From the NCBI GenBank assembly GCA_951406725.2, contig OX597823.1, positions 65,658,001 to 65,722,000 on the forward strand: a stretch of 64,000 nt of DNA, written 5' to 3'. Positions 29,400-41,499 of the stretch are shown one piece after another (positions within the stretch are counted from its first letter, which is position 1; each line of letters starts with the position of its first letter). A program made the translations under genes and the position numbers. This stretch comes from Octopus vulgaris. Taxonomy: Eukaryota. The notes under the pieces are model-generated. The model did not search any database. It saw nothing but the letters and a program-made list of their open reading frames with translations, and was not told where the DNA came from.

Positions 29400-29610
29400 A
29401 GATCCGGTTTTCTCTGTCTAGAATGAGGATCCAGCATGGTAACAACTTGGGTTTCAAGGGTCCACAAATATTCAACATTCAGCCTTCGAGGTTTGTGGAG
29501 ATCTTCAGAGAGAATCTAGACAAATTCTTATCTGGAATGACTGATGATTCAACATCATTTCATGAGGCACAAAAGCATAAAAATGTCAACTCCGTTCAAA
29601 TCACTATCTA
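29400..29610 (+). pseudogene. CR1/L2-group LINE ORF2 C-terminal fragment
   Basis: GFKGPQIFNI..FRENLDKFLSGMTDD resembles the post-RT tail of CR1-group LINEs and 45402-45599. Confidence 0.5.
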
Positions 29611-29704
29611 ACCCGGAATTGTATCTATGTGTGTGTGTATAAATAACTAAATATTCAAATGAATATTCTCAAAGTTATAATTATTGTTGTTGTTGTTGTT
29701 GTTG

Positions 29705-29807
<103 letters not shown>

Positions 29808-29815
29808 CATCATCA

Positions 29816-30150
29816 TAGTTATATTTTTATAACGTGCTTTCACTTCACTACCTGTGTGCCTTGGGTATGTGCTGTGATTTGTTGTGATGCTCTGATAGTT
29901 ACTGTATTGAAAGTGCTCTGCGTAGGATGTGTGCAGTGCCTAGTAGTGCAATTTTCTGTATGTTATATGTGTTTGTAAGTCCTGATGTTTTTGTTATGTA
30001 TTTGTCTGAATATTTTTTATCATGCCTAATGCACCTACTATGCTAGGAATTGTTTCTGTTTTTAGATTCCACATTCTAGTTACCTCTATTTCCAGGTCTT
30101 TGTATTTTGAAACTTTCTCCATTTCTGTTAAAGACACGTTGTCATCTGCT
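29816..30150 (-). mobile_element. Severely 5'-truncated copy of the Dong-like element in (TAA)n
   Basis: Reverse complement of ~16388-16740 (ADDNVSLTEMEKVSKYKDLEIEVTRMWNLKT + 3' UTR). (TTA)n on both sides. Confidence 0.9.
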
Positions 30151-30170
30151 ATTATTATTATTATTAAAGC

Positions 30171-30216
<46 letters not shown>

Positions 30217-30226
30217 GTTATTATTA

Positions 30227-30281
<55 letters not shown>

Positions 30282-30951
30282 TATCCTTATTATTATCATT
30301 ATTAGCAGAACATATAAAATATTGATAATAATAACAACAATTACATTCGTGGTAGCAAGCAATATCAACATTCAATCGCTATAGAGTAAATTCATAATTT
30401 TTAATAGAGGGAACACCAAGCACCTGCTTGCTAGAAAGGAGAAACAAAATCCTCAACTTATCTACAAATCTCATTGAAAATACACTACGGACCAACAGGA
30501 AACGGGCAAGCTGACAAAATTCAACATATTATCTCAGTTAATAAGTTGTAGAATGAGGTAACAGATATACCTGGATCATAATTTTGAATTTTGGCTTCTG
30601 CCTTAATTCTCGTCAGCAGGTCTTGCCATACCTAAAATGAAAAATTCATATATAAATATATATACGTATATAAATATAAATAAAGATAAATACATACATA
30701 ATTCAATTCGTCCTTAGTCGAAAGACACCTGATGTTATGTCCTGTTATTATTTTTGTTGTATTTATTATTGTATTTATAATGCTGTTAGCTTAGGTTTTC
30801 CTTGGGGCTGGCCAGATTGGAGCAATCGCAAGAATAATCAGCCGAAATTGCGATGATAATCTGGTGCCTGACTGAGGATAGAGGGCTTTAAATGACCTGT
30901 TCTTGTTTTCTTTGCATCGTCTATCTGGATGTTTTGTTGTCCCATTTATGC

Positions 30952-31073
<122 letters not shown>

Positions 31074-31733
31074 TTATATATACATACATACATACATATA
31101 TATGGTGCACCGTTAATGGGCTGGCTGTGGTGCTGAAGCAGGAGCAATAACCTCTGACCTGCATATACACCCGTTAACTATTCTTTTAAACCTTCCATTG
31201 CATCGTTTACGTAGGCGTATTCGTTTACGAAACGTCGTGATTTGCAGTGCTGGGCTTAAATTCAATTGAAAAGGTCTAGAGATACAGATAAAATTGCAAA
31301 ACAATGCACTGCTGACTTAGCATATGTCACAGTATTAACTTATAAACCTTTATAATCATCTAATATGCTGAGTAGTATATTATGGGTACTAAACGAAATA
31401 CGTCGTGCCTAACTATACTTTTTTAGGTATGTACCAGATGCCAGGGATATGTTTAATATATAAATTAGTCTATCAAAATGTGTTAGTGTTTAACATGGTG
31501 GTTATTTAAGAAATGTAGGACAGTTAATGTGTTGGATATAATGCTGATGAGGCAGCAATAACTCCTAGACCATGTATATACACCCACTACCAATTTTACT
31601 GTCTTCTATTTTGTTTGCCTGGACGTATTTTTCATAGAAAACGTCGTAATTTTCAGTGTTGTCCCTAAATTCCATAGAAAATCTGTACAAATACTCTTAT
31701 ATGCATATATAAATGTATGTACATACACACATA

Positions 31734-32420
31734 TACGTAGTCTGATCAATAATTATCCGGATTGTTGCTATAGTAACGAAGCTAAAGCGCGCAAGGTGAA
31801 CTGCTTGGCACAGATTGACCTTGAGAACTCTACTATGTATGCGCACTGAGTTTTAACCTTTTAGTTTACTTCTGCTGTTTACAGCAGTGCTTGGAAGGAA
31901 GGTGTGTAGAATATGATCGTCGCATTGATCATGACAGAAAAAAGTTCAGCATGGAATCTGCATCAAATTTTGACAAATTCTTGGCGTCACTTGCTCAGCG
32001 GCCTACGTAAATTTTCGACAATTTTTCATCCTTCACAACACCGTCAAGGAGATCTTGTGCATCTGAAACGCGAGTGTTTTTTTGGCTGCCTGAAAGCAGT
32101 TTTGTCACAAACGTAGCAGACACGCATCTCATACCCAATATAATCGGTGATAATGGACTGAATTGAACCGTAACTAATATGCACATCCACTGATAACACA
32201 TGGATGATGATTCGACGATTTCTCCTCGCAGATGCACACACATCTGTGATTTTTTTATCAGTTCTGCTGGTTGTGAGTCTCCTAGGACCTTCGTCAATAT
32301 CGGCATTTTTTCGACCATTTTGGAAACGTCTGAAACATTCGTACACTTTTGTGCGACTTATACACTCCTCTCCTTACTGTTTCTGGAAATTTGCGTCGGC
32401 CTATGACAACTTTCTCTGTT
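31734..32420. mobile_element. Mariner transposon relic with internal inversion
   Basis: Mariner-like TIR tacgtagtctgatcaataattatccggattg. The + strand at 31931 gives MTEK..ICIKF. The - strand at 32044-32400 continues with VYECFRRFQNGRKNADIDEGPRRLTTSRT..SYGSIQSIITD. Confidence 0.7.
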
Positions 32421-32521
32421 ATGGTAGATAGGTAGGTAGGTAGGTAGGTAGATAGAATGGTAGGTAGACATACACGTGTGTGTGTTTGTGCATTCTTAAA
32501 TATTGAGGAACAGCACGGATT

Positions 32522-32572
32522 TTTGTCAGTGAACACGTCGCGGTCTTAAAGCGACGAAAATATTTTGACAAA
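32522..32572 (+). ncRNA. Hammerhead-like motif with G3-C8 core (GUGAACA)
   Basis: Stem I tttgtca/tgacaaa; GTGAACA; stem II gtcgc/gcgac; GAAA; palindrome aatatt; UU. Confidence 0.55.
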
Positions 32573-33319
32573 TTAAACTTAAATGTTGAAGTGAATCGAA
32601 CGGCTTTTGTGTGTTTCTTAAATGGCTTACAAACACCTTCCACGCAGCAATTGTTTTCGTTTCAGCACACGACCTCAGATCAAATCACTTGCTATGCAGG
32701 TACATCTCCGTAAAACCTATTAAAGTAAGCGTTAAAACATAATATACTACTTCAAATTATATTCATGAAAGGATTTCCCTGCAAACTTCATTTTATTTTT
32801 ACTTGCTCAGTTAATTTGTGTCTTTCAAGTTTGAAAGAATTGATGTTCACGTTTGGTAATTAAGTTTGTTAATCAAAAGACTTACAATGTCTGTTTACAA
32901 AGTGAAACTTCCTCAGGGATTATTAGTCTACAGAATTACGTCTGCTCGTTCAGAAGCTAGTTAAAATTTGAAATCTTACTTTAATTCAGTATTTGAGTTG
33001 ACGCCTAACTGTTTCCACTACATTGTTAATGTCATTCTCCTAATGCAGCATTCGTACAAAGAGAGTAAATGTTCCCGTATATACAAACATGCATACACAA
33101 CACAATGATACGCAAACATGTCTTATGCGTGTATGTATGCATGTATCTATCTATCTATTTATCTATCTACAAAGTATGGCGGTTTAGCTCGTAAGTGATC
33201 TAAACAGTTAGGTACGCTAGGTAAGTGCTATAACGGATTACTAGGGCTCCAAGTTTATAGCCGAGACGGTAGTTATGGAGCCATTGCAAATTTCTGATGC
33301 AGCACCGGATAAATAATTA

Positions 33320-33660
<341 letters not shown>

Positions 33661-34175
33661 CTTTTATATTTCTGTGATTCGATCTCTTTACGTGTAGTGT
33701 ATACTTATTTGTGTACTAAGGCTACCGCTAGTTTCATGTTAAGAAAATATCTCCATTTTGGAGACGAATGCCAATTTTCTATGCGATAGGCTCGAAGAAT
33801 TGTTGAGATATTTTCTTTCTGCGAAACCAACACAAAAATATATAAGAAACTATTAAAAATCACTGTTAGAGTACCGCATAAGTGGAGCCTGGACGAGTTT
33901 GAACTGGGATCAGCTCGTAAAAGTTGTAATAATGAAGCGAAAGCAAATAATTATATTTTGAAATCATTTAATATTTACGTTTCTGGTCTGCAAATTCTAT
34001 AATAGAAGTGTGTCTAATACGTGATACCTTCCTCAATTATAACAATTCGAGATGTGAGTCAGTTGAAAGTATATCAGTATATATGATGACAGCAATTTGT
34101 AGGGTACTAATTTAAGAGGATGAACATACATATATAGAGGATGAGAAAGAAATCGTATAGAAGCGAAAGGGAGAA

Positions 34176-34210
<35 letters not shown>

Positions 34211-34451
34211 AATAATGAAAGAAGAGAAGGATATATAATTGTGATAGTAGCGATGAGAAAGAAAAGAAACGTATGTACGAGTGAATAGCAGTTAATCGAA
34301 ATGGGATGGTCACATCTGTATGTTTATCCACTATTTGTTTCTGTCATTAAACTTCTGACATGTTGAGACTCCAATGAAAAGGACAACGTTATGTGGTGGA
34401 CACTTATAAGTTCGAAAGTTACAGTGGATAGCATGCATTAGCTTATTTCTG

Positions 34452-34748
34452 TGGAGGCACATGGCCTAGTGGTTAGAGCAGCGGACTCGCAGTCGAGGGA
34501 TCGCTGGTTCGAATCTCAGGCCTGAAGATTCCTGTGTTTATGAGCAAAACACCTAAGTTCCACGCAGCTCTGGCAGAAGGTAATGGCGAACTTCTGCTGA
34601 CTCTTTCGCCACAACTTTCTCTCACTCTTTCCTCCTGCATCTTGCAGCTCACCTGCAACGGACCGGCGTCCCGTCCAGATGGGGAACTTATGCGCCAAGG
34701 AAACCGGGAACCGGCCCTATGAGCCAGGCATGGTTTGTGAAGGAACAA
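34452..34748 (+). mobile_element. tRNA-derived SINE
   Basis: ggcacatggcctagtggttagagcagcggactcg..ggttcgaatctc (A/B boxes), then non-tRNA body. Confidence 0.75.
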
Positions 34749-35109
34749 ATGTTAGCTCATTTCTGTCACCGTAACTTAACGGTTCGGCAAAGTAGCACAT
34801 ATAAGTACCAGGCATAGAAAAATAAGTAGTATGGCTGGTTTGTTCAATGACCAAAACAAGTAAAAGAAACACACACACATATAAACACATATATGTCAAA
34901 AGGACACACAAGGCGCGTACCTGCTAGAAAGAGGTGTTAAAACCCTCATTTAAATCACCAATAACACTGAAAAATACGACAGAAAAATCCACAGTGGTTT
35001 GGTGAACGGAATAAAAATTTGTTTTACATACCTACATAGCCTAGTGCTATAAAGGTTTTCGTATTTGTATATACTTGGATAATGATTTCTATATATATTA
35101 TAGATGGCG

Positions 35110-35286
35110 TACATAAATGCCACATGCTAGGAGGGACTCTTAAAGTTAAAACTAATAAAATATACGCATCATACCCAATGCAACACTCGAAAGAAGTCAT
35201 TTCGAGATTTGCATTCGGCATGATGTTTTTATTTATTTTGGTAGTTTAGACTTTAAGAGTCCCTCCTAGCGTGTGGCATTTATGTA
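35110..35286. mobile_element. 177-bp foldback (MITE-like palindrome)
   Basis: tacataaatgccacatgctaggagggactcttaaagt... pairs with ...actttaagagtccctcctagcgtgtggcatttatgta, and pairing continues to the centre. TA at both ends. Confidence 0.7.
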
Positions 35287-35411
35287 TAGTAATGCCCTGT
35301 ATATAATATAATTAATATATTTAAGTGAAAAAATTGGTGGACTTTTTCTTTTATGAGGTTTTTCACGCTAACTACTTGATAAATTCTTATAACGATTTTA
35401 GCCTATTTTTA

Positions 35412-35460
<49 letters not shown>

Positions 35461-35466
<6 letters not shown>

Positions 35467-35888
35467 AATTAAGGACTGAACACGAAAAGTGGACAGTCAA
35501 CATGCTAGATATAGACGTCAAATCGCCATTCACCACAAAAGATTATGTTCTCAAATCAAACTCAACACAAAACCATAGCAATAAACAAGTGAAAAATATA
35601 CGAAATAAAATAATTACCCATGTACTAATTAGTTTCAGCTGTTATTTTCCGCAAGGAAAACTGCAGCCATCATCAGCATGGTCCGTTATAAATGCAATTT
35701 GCTGGACTAGATGCAAACACGATACCGAAATATCGCGTGCATGGAGTTCAGCCTATTACATTTGAATATATCTTTCAAATGCCTTTACTTTGGCGCGTTG
35801 AAACCCGAGAAAACTAGCCTGCAGCTAATAATTAGCAGCAGTCAATTTATCGGTTAGAGAACATATTTATTTATATAAAATTAATTAA
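35461..35888 (-). mobile_element. Inverted partial copy of the 506-bp hammerhead unit
   Basis: Reverse complement of the array unit. Hammerhead on the minus strand at 35618-35681. Confidence 0.9.
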
Positions 35889-38550
35889 TTGACTGTCCAC
35901 TTTTCGTGTTCAGTCCTTAATTGGTATATATAAATATTTTAATCTTCGGATTCTTTTTTAATATGCTAGACCACTGGTCTTAATTGATAAATATCAATTT
36001 CTACCCTTAATTAATTTTATATAAATAAATATGTTCTCTAACCGATAAATTAACTGCTGCTAATTATTAGCTGCAGGCTAGTTTTCTCGGGTTTCAACGC
36101 GCCAAAGTAAAGGCATTTGAAAGATATATTCAAATGTAATAGGCTGAACTCCATGCACGCGATATTTCGGTATCGTGTTTGCATCTAGTCCAGCAAATTG
36201 CATTTATAACGGACCATGCTGATGATGGCTGCAGTTTTCCTTGCGGAAAATAACAGCTGAAACTAATTAGTACATGGGTAATTATTTTATTTCGTATATT
36301 TTTCACTTGTTTATTGCTATGGTTTTGTGTTGAGTTTGATTTGAGAACATAATCTTTTGTGGTGAATGGCGATTTGACGTCTATATCTAGCATGTTGACT
36401 GTCCACTTTTCGTGTTCAGTCCTTAATTGGTATATATAAATATTTTAATCTTCGGATTCTTTTTTAATATGCTAGACCACTGGTCTTAAATGATAAATAT
36501 CAATTTCTACCCTTAATTAATTTTATATAAATAAATATGTTCTCTAACCGATAAATTAACTGCTGCTAATTATTAGCTGCAGGCTAGTTTTCTCGGGTTT
36601 CAACGCGCCAAAGTAAAGGCATTTGAAAGATATATTCAAATGTAATAGGCTGAACTCCATGCACGCGATATTTCGGTATCGTGTTTGCATCTAGTCCAGC
36701 AAATTGCATTTATAACGGACCATGCTGATGATGGCTGCAGTTTTCCTTGCGGAAAATAACAGCTGAAACTAATTAGTACATGGGTAATTATTTTATTTCG
36801 TATATTTTTCACTTGTTTATTGCTATGGTTTTGTGTTGAGTTTGATTTGAGAACATAATCTTTTGTGGTGAATGGCGATTTGACGTCTATATCTAGCATG
36901 TTGACTGTCCACTTTTCGTGTTCAGTCCTTAATTGGTATATATAAATATTTTAATCTTCGGATTCTTTTTTAATATGCTAGACCACTGGTCTTAATTGAT
37001 AAATATCAATTTCTACCCTTAATTAATTTTATATAAATAAATATGTTCTCTAACCGATAAATTAACTGCTGCTAATTATTAGCTGCAGGCTAGTTTTCTC
37101 GGGTTTCAACGCGCCAAAGTAAAGGCATTTGAAAGATATATTCAAATGTAATAGGCTGAACTCCATGCACGCGATATTTCGGTATCGTGTTTGCATCTAG
37201 TCCAGCAAATTGCATTTATAACGGACCATGCTGATGATGGCTGCAGTTTTCCTTGCGGAAAATAACAGCTGAAACTAATTAGTACATGGGTAATTATTTT
37301 ATTTCGTATATTTTTCACTTGTTTATTGCTATGGTTTTGTGTTGAGTTTGATTTGAGAACATAATCTTTTGTGGTGAATGGCGATTTGACGTCTATATCT
37401 AGCATGTTGACTGTCCACTTTTCGTGTTCAGTCCTTAATTGGTATATATAAATATTTTAATCTTCGGATTCTTTTTTAATATGCTAGACCACTGGTCTTA
37501 ATTGATAAATATCAATTTCTACCCTTAATTAATTTTATATAAATAAATATGTTCTCTAACCGATAAATTAACTGCTGCTAATTATTAGCTGCAGGCTAGT
37601 TTTCTCGGGTTTCAACGCGCCAAAGTAAAGGCATTTGAAAGATATATTCAAATGTAATAGGCTGAACTCCATGCACGCGATATTTCGGTATCGTGTTTGC
37701 ATCTAGTCCAGCAAATTGCATTTATAACGGACCATGCTGATGATGGCTGCAGTTTTCCTTGCGGAAAATAACAGCTGAAACTAATTAGTACATGGGTAAT
37801 TATTTTATTTCGTATATTTTTCACTTGTTTATTGCTATGGTTTTGTGTTGAGTTTGATTTGAGAACATAATCTTTTGTGGTGAATGGCGATTTGACGTCT
37901 ATATCTAGCATGTTGACTGTCCACTTTTCGTGTTCAGTCCTTAATTGGTATATATAAATATTTTAATCTTCGGATTCTTTTTTAATATGCTAGACCACTG
38001 GTCTTAATTGATAAATATCAATTTCTACCCTTAATTAATTTTATATAAATAAATATGTTCTCTAACCGATAAATTGACTGCTGCTAATTATTAGCTGCAG
38101 GCTAGTTTTCTCGGGTTTCAACGCGCCAAAGTAAAGGCATTTGAAAGATATATTCAAATGTAATAGGCTGAACTCCATGCACGCGATATTTCGGTATCGT
38201 GTTTGCATCTAGTCCAGCAAATTGCATTTATAACGGACCATGCTGATGATGGCTGCAGTTTTCCTTGCGGAAAATAACAGCTGAAACTAATTAGTACATG
38301 GGTAATTATTTTATTTCGTATATTTTTCACTTGTTTATTGCTATGGTTTTGTGTTGAGTTTGATTTGAGAACATAATCTTTTGTGGTGAATGGCGATTTG
38401 ACGTCTATATCTAGCATGTTGACTGTCCACTTTTTGTGTTCAGTCCTTAATTGGTATATATAAATATTTTAATCTTCGGATTCTTTTTTAATATGCTAGA
38501 CCACTGGTCTTAATTGATAAATATCAATTTCTACCCTTAATTAATTTTAT
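35889..38550 (+). repeat. Tandem array of 506-bp units (5.3 copies, near identical), retrozyme/Penelope pLTR-like
   Basis: Period 506 (ORF track 36130, 36636, 37142, 37648, 38154). Only isolated substitutions seen. Ends in (TA)n. Confidence 0.95.
36214..36277 (+). ncRNA. Type I hammerhead ribozyme (also at 36720, 37226, 37732, 38238; minus copy 35618-35681)
   Basis: Stem I ccatg/catgg; CTGATGA 36219-36225; stem II ggctg..ttttcc-ttgc-ggaaaa..cagct; GAAA 36259-36262; palindromic stem III actaattagt; GUA cleavage after 36272. Confidence 0.88.
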
Positions 38551-38861
38551 ATATATATATATATATATTTATAGGCATGAAGACTCCGTTTATGGTGCCA
38601 TGTACCGAATGCATCGTTTCTGGCTCTGAGACTTTTCATTTGTTCATTGATAAATTCAGATGTCGTGAACACTCATCGACGTTGCAATTCCCTAATAAAA
38701 ATGAGCATTGCAGGGTGAGAACTTTGATTCTAAATCGATATAATGGTTAAGTAAATTGTTAAATTGAGTGAAAATAAATTTGAAATAAAAATTTCTTTTG
38801 ATAATAGACACTTGTATGTGGATAGCTTTTATAACAAGTTTTTAAAAATTGTTTAACATGT

Positions 38862-38894
<33 letters not shown>

Positions 38895-39149
38895 GCATAT
38901 GTATATGTGTGTGTGTGGTTGTGAGTGTGTATCAAAGGGTGTCATGTTTTATAGTTATATGGATTTAAATGAGTTAGATTATAAAATTTAAAATGATTTC
39001 AATTTAACCAGTAAACATAAATATATACTTTTATTTTACATGTGATATAACTTGCTCAATGCTAGTACGGATCGCTTCAGTGATACTATATATGATTATA
39101 TAATTTGTCACGCTGTTATTAGTATCAGTTTTGTTATTTTTTAAAACTA

Positions 39150-39775
39150 TACTCATACACTTATGAATGTTATTTTGTCGGACGAGTCAACCTTTACCTT
39201 ATTTCCGCACACAGTGTGGAGAAAGCCAAAAGAAGCATTTGACCCAACCCGGCTTCTTCCAACTGTTAAACATGGAGAAGGATCTGTGATGATCTGGGGG
39301 GGGGGGGCATATTTTGGAAATCTGCCGGCCCAATGGTTTCCCTTCCTAGCGGAATTAATAGTCAAGACTATTTAAGTATTTTATCTGCTTAAATTCATCC
39401 TATGGTTCGGAACTGTTTCCGGAGGGAAACGCAATCTTTCAGGATGATGAGGCACCAATTCACACAGCACAAGGAACATTCTAGTGAAGTTGAACATCTT
39501 ATCTGGCCACCACAGTACCCATATCTCAATATTATTGAACATTTACGGTGCCCTTTAGAGAAACAAGTAAGGAGTCGATATCCTCCACTACAAGAACTGG
39601 AAACTGTTTTGCCTGAGGAATGGACGAAAATTACATTGGAAACAATTCAAAGTTTGTACGAGTACATACCTCGTAGAATTCAAGGTGTAATTACTGCAGA
39701 AGTTAGTCCTACCCAATATTAAACTATATTTGTTTCAAATTTTAAGGTGTTTCCATTATTTTGTCCAACCCCTAC
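39150..39775 (+). mobile_element. Tc1-family transposon relic (DDE domain + right TIR)
   Basis: VILSDESTFTLF, PTVKHGEGSVMIWG, FQDDEAPIH, WPPQYPYLNIIEHL, IPRRIQGVI; terminal ccattattttgtccaaccccta. Confidence 0.85.
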
Positions 39776-40513
39776 ATATATATACTTTTCTCATTGTGTT
39801 GCGTGTTCGTTTCTTTTGTGCATCAGTGATTTTAATTTTGATCTATATAAATGAAGATATTTCTTTCGTTTTGCTGCTTTTCATTCTACGAAATGGGAAG
39901 ATACATTGTGGAACTCTTATTTTAACGAGTTATGTCTATTGATCAACCTATGAGACATATCTGCACCACTTGTTGTTCCTGAACCAGTTATTAAGTGTCT
40001 CGCCCGTGGGGAATGCCGAAACAATTCTCGTGATTAATATATCGTCGTATATTCCATCTTCCGTCTTTCATTTAATATATATATATAAATTTGTGTGTGT
40101 GTGCGTCTTTTGGCGTATAGTTGTCTCCCACCACCTCTTGACATCCAGTGAATTTACATCCCCATAACATAGCAAGTTGGCAAAACGTTGAGTTAAAATA
40201 AGCATCACTGTTAAAATAAATAAGCATTGGAGCCGATACGTTCGACAAAATTACTTGAACACTCACATGGACTCATTCTAGTAACTGAAACATGTAAAAT
40301 AATAAAGACAAAAATTATACATACATATATATACATATATATATATATATGCACACACACACACACACACATATTAGTTTGACGAACGGGAGCTTGCAAC
40401 TCAGTTTAGCAGTTTTTGTGATATTTTTGCAGTTTTGGTAAAACGCACCTTACTGTACCATCGGTATTCACCCTCTTTTGCATTTAAAATATTACTCGTG
40501 TGTCTGTGTGTGA

Positions 40514-40551
<38 letters not shown>

Positions 40552-40611
40552 TCACACACAGACACAAGAGTAATCTTTATATATATATATAGAGAGAGAG
40601 AGATAACTCGG

Positions 40612-41499
40612 TGTGGGGGGGGAAAGGCGGCAGAAACACGACAACCGGCGACCGGATATAACGACAACAACAACAGCAGGAAGAGACACAAAGAGAGACG
40701 GCGGAAGGCAATTGGCTTACATTTAACAACAGTTTATAACAATTATTACAACATCAAATAAATTAAAGATACATCAGGTATACATTAAAGAAAACAACAA
40801 ATCAAAGCATTTAAACATGCAGATACAGTTCAATACATTTCAGATCAATTAATGTTCACGATACAGTCCAATGTTCAAATCACAACAGTTCAATACATTA
40901 AAGTCTTTCTATTTCTTTTATATTTCAATACAACTCAACAACACAGTTCTTTATAATCTCTGTTCATTTCTTTTCTTCCTCTTTTCCTTAATTCACAGTT
41001 CTTTTCACATATCAAACATAAACAACACATACCGTTTCAACTCCTACTATAATAGCCGTGCCCTTATCCGCCGTAATCCCTCTCTCGCTCTCAGTCATCT
41101 GTGTATGTCTTTCTCAACCTCTCATCCTCTCACTGTCTGCCTGTCCTTCTCAACGCTTTCACTGTCACTCTCTCGCCTGTCATCCCTTAGATTGTCTGTC
41201 TGTCTTTCTCAACTGACCGCCTCCTCCGGCCTCTTTTGCTGTCTCAACAGAACTCCTCAACTGCCATGTTACCAACTCACTATCTCCGGCCGAACTGTCC
41301 CACAGACTCACAGACACTGCCTTTTATAGGGTAGCTTCCTCGACCCTTCTTTGACCGGGAAAAGGGTAGAGGTCTTTCCGAAAGCCATTACTCTTTCGTG
41401 AATCTGACAGAACAAAGGGCAATAACTTTAGATTCCAGACTTTCAGACTACAAACGAGCAAAGTAGGTCATAGCAGTTGTTTCCCAGTTGACCTACTCA
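40612..41499 (-). mobile_element. Possible solo LTR
   Basis: Minus strand starts TGAGTAGG and ends CCCCACA (TG...CA), with TATA-like ctataaaag at ~41321-41330. No matching TSD seen. Confidence 0.4.

Noticed and set aside
36130-38417. Repeated 87-aa ORF MLDIDVKSPF... as a tandem gene cluster (likewise the 66-aa ORF at 932/1425)
   Set aside because: No recognisable domain, and identity merely reflects the DNA repeat. The structured feature is the hammerhead.
35889-38550. CRISPR-like array
   Set aside because: Units are wholly identical with no unique spacers, in a eukaryotic context.
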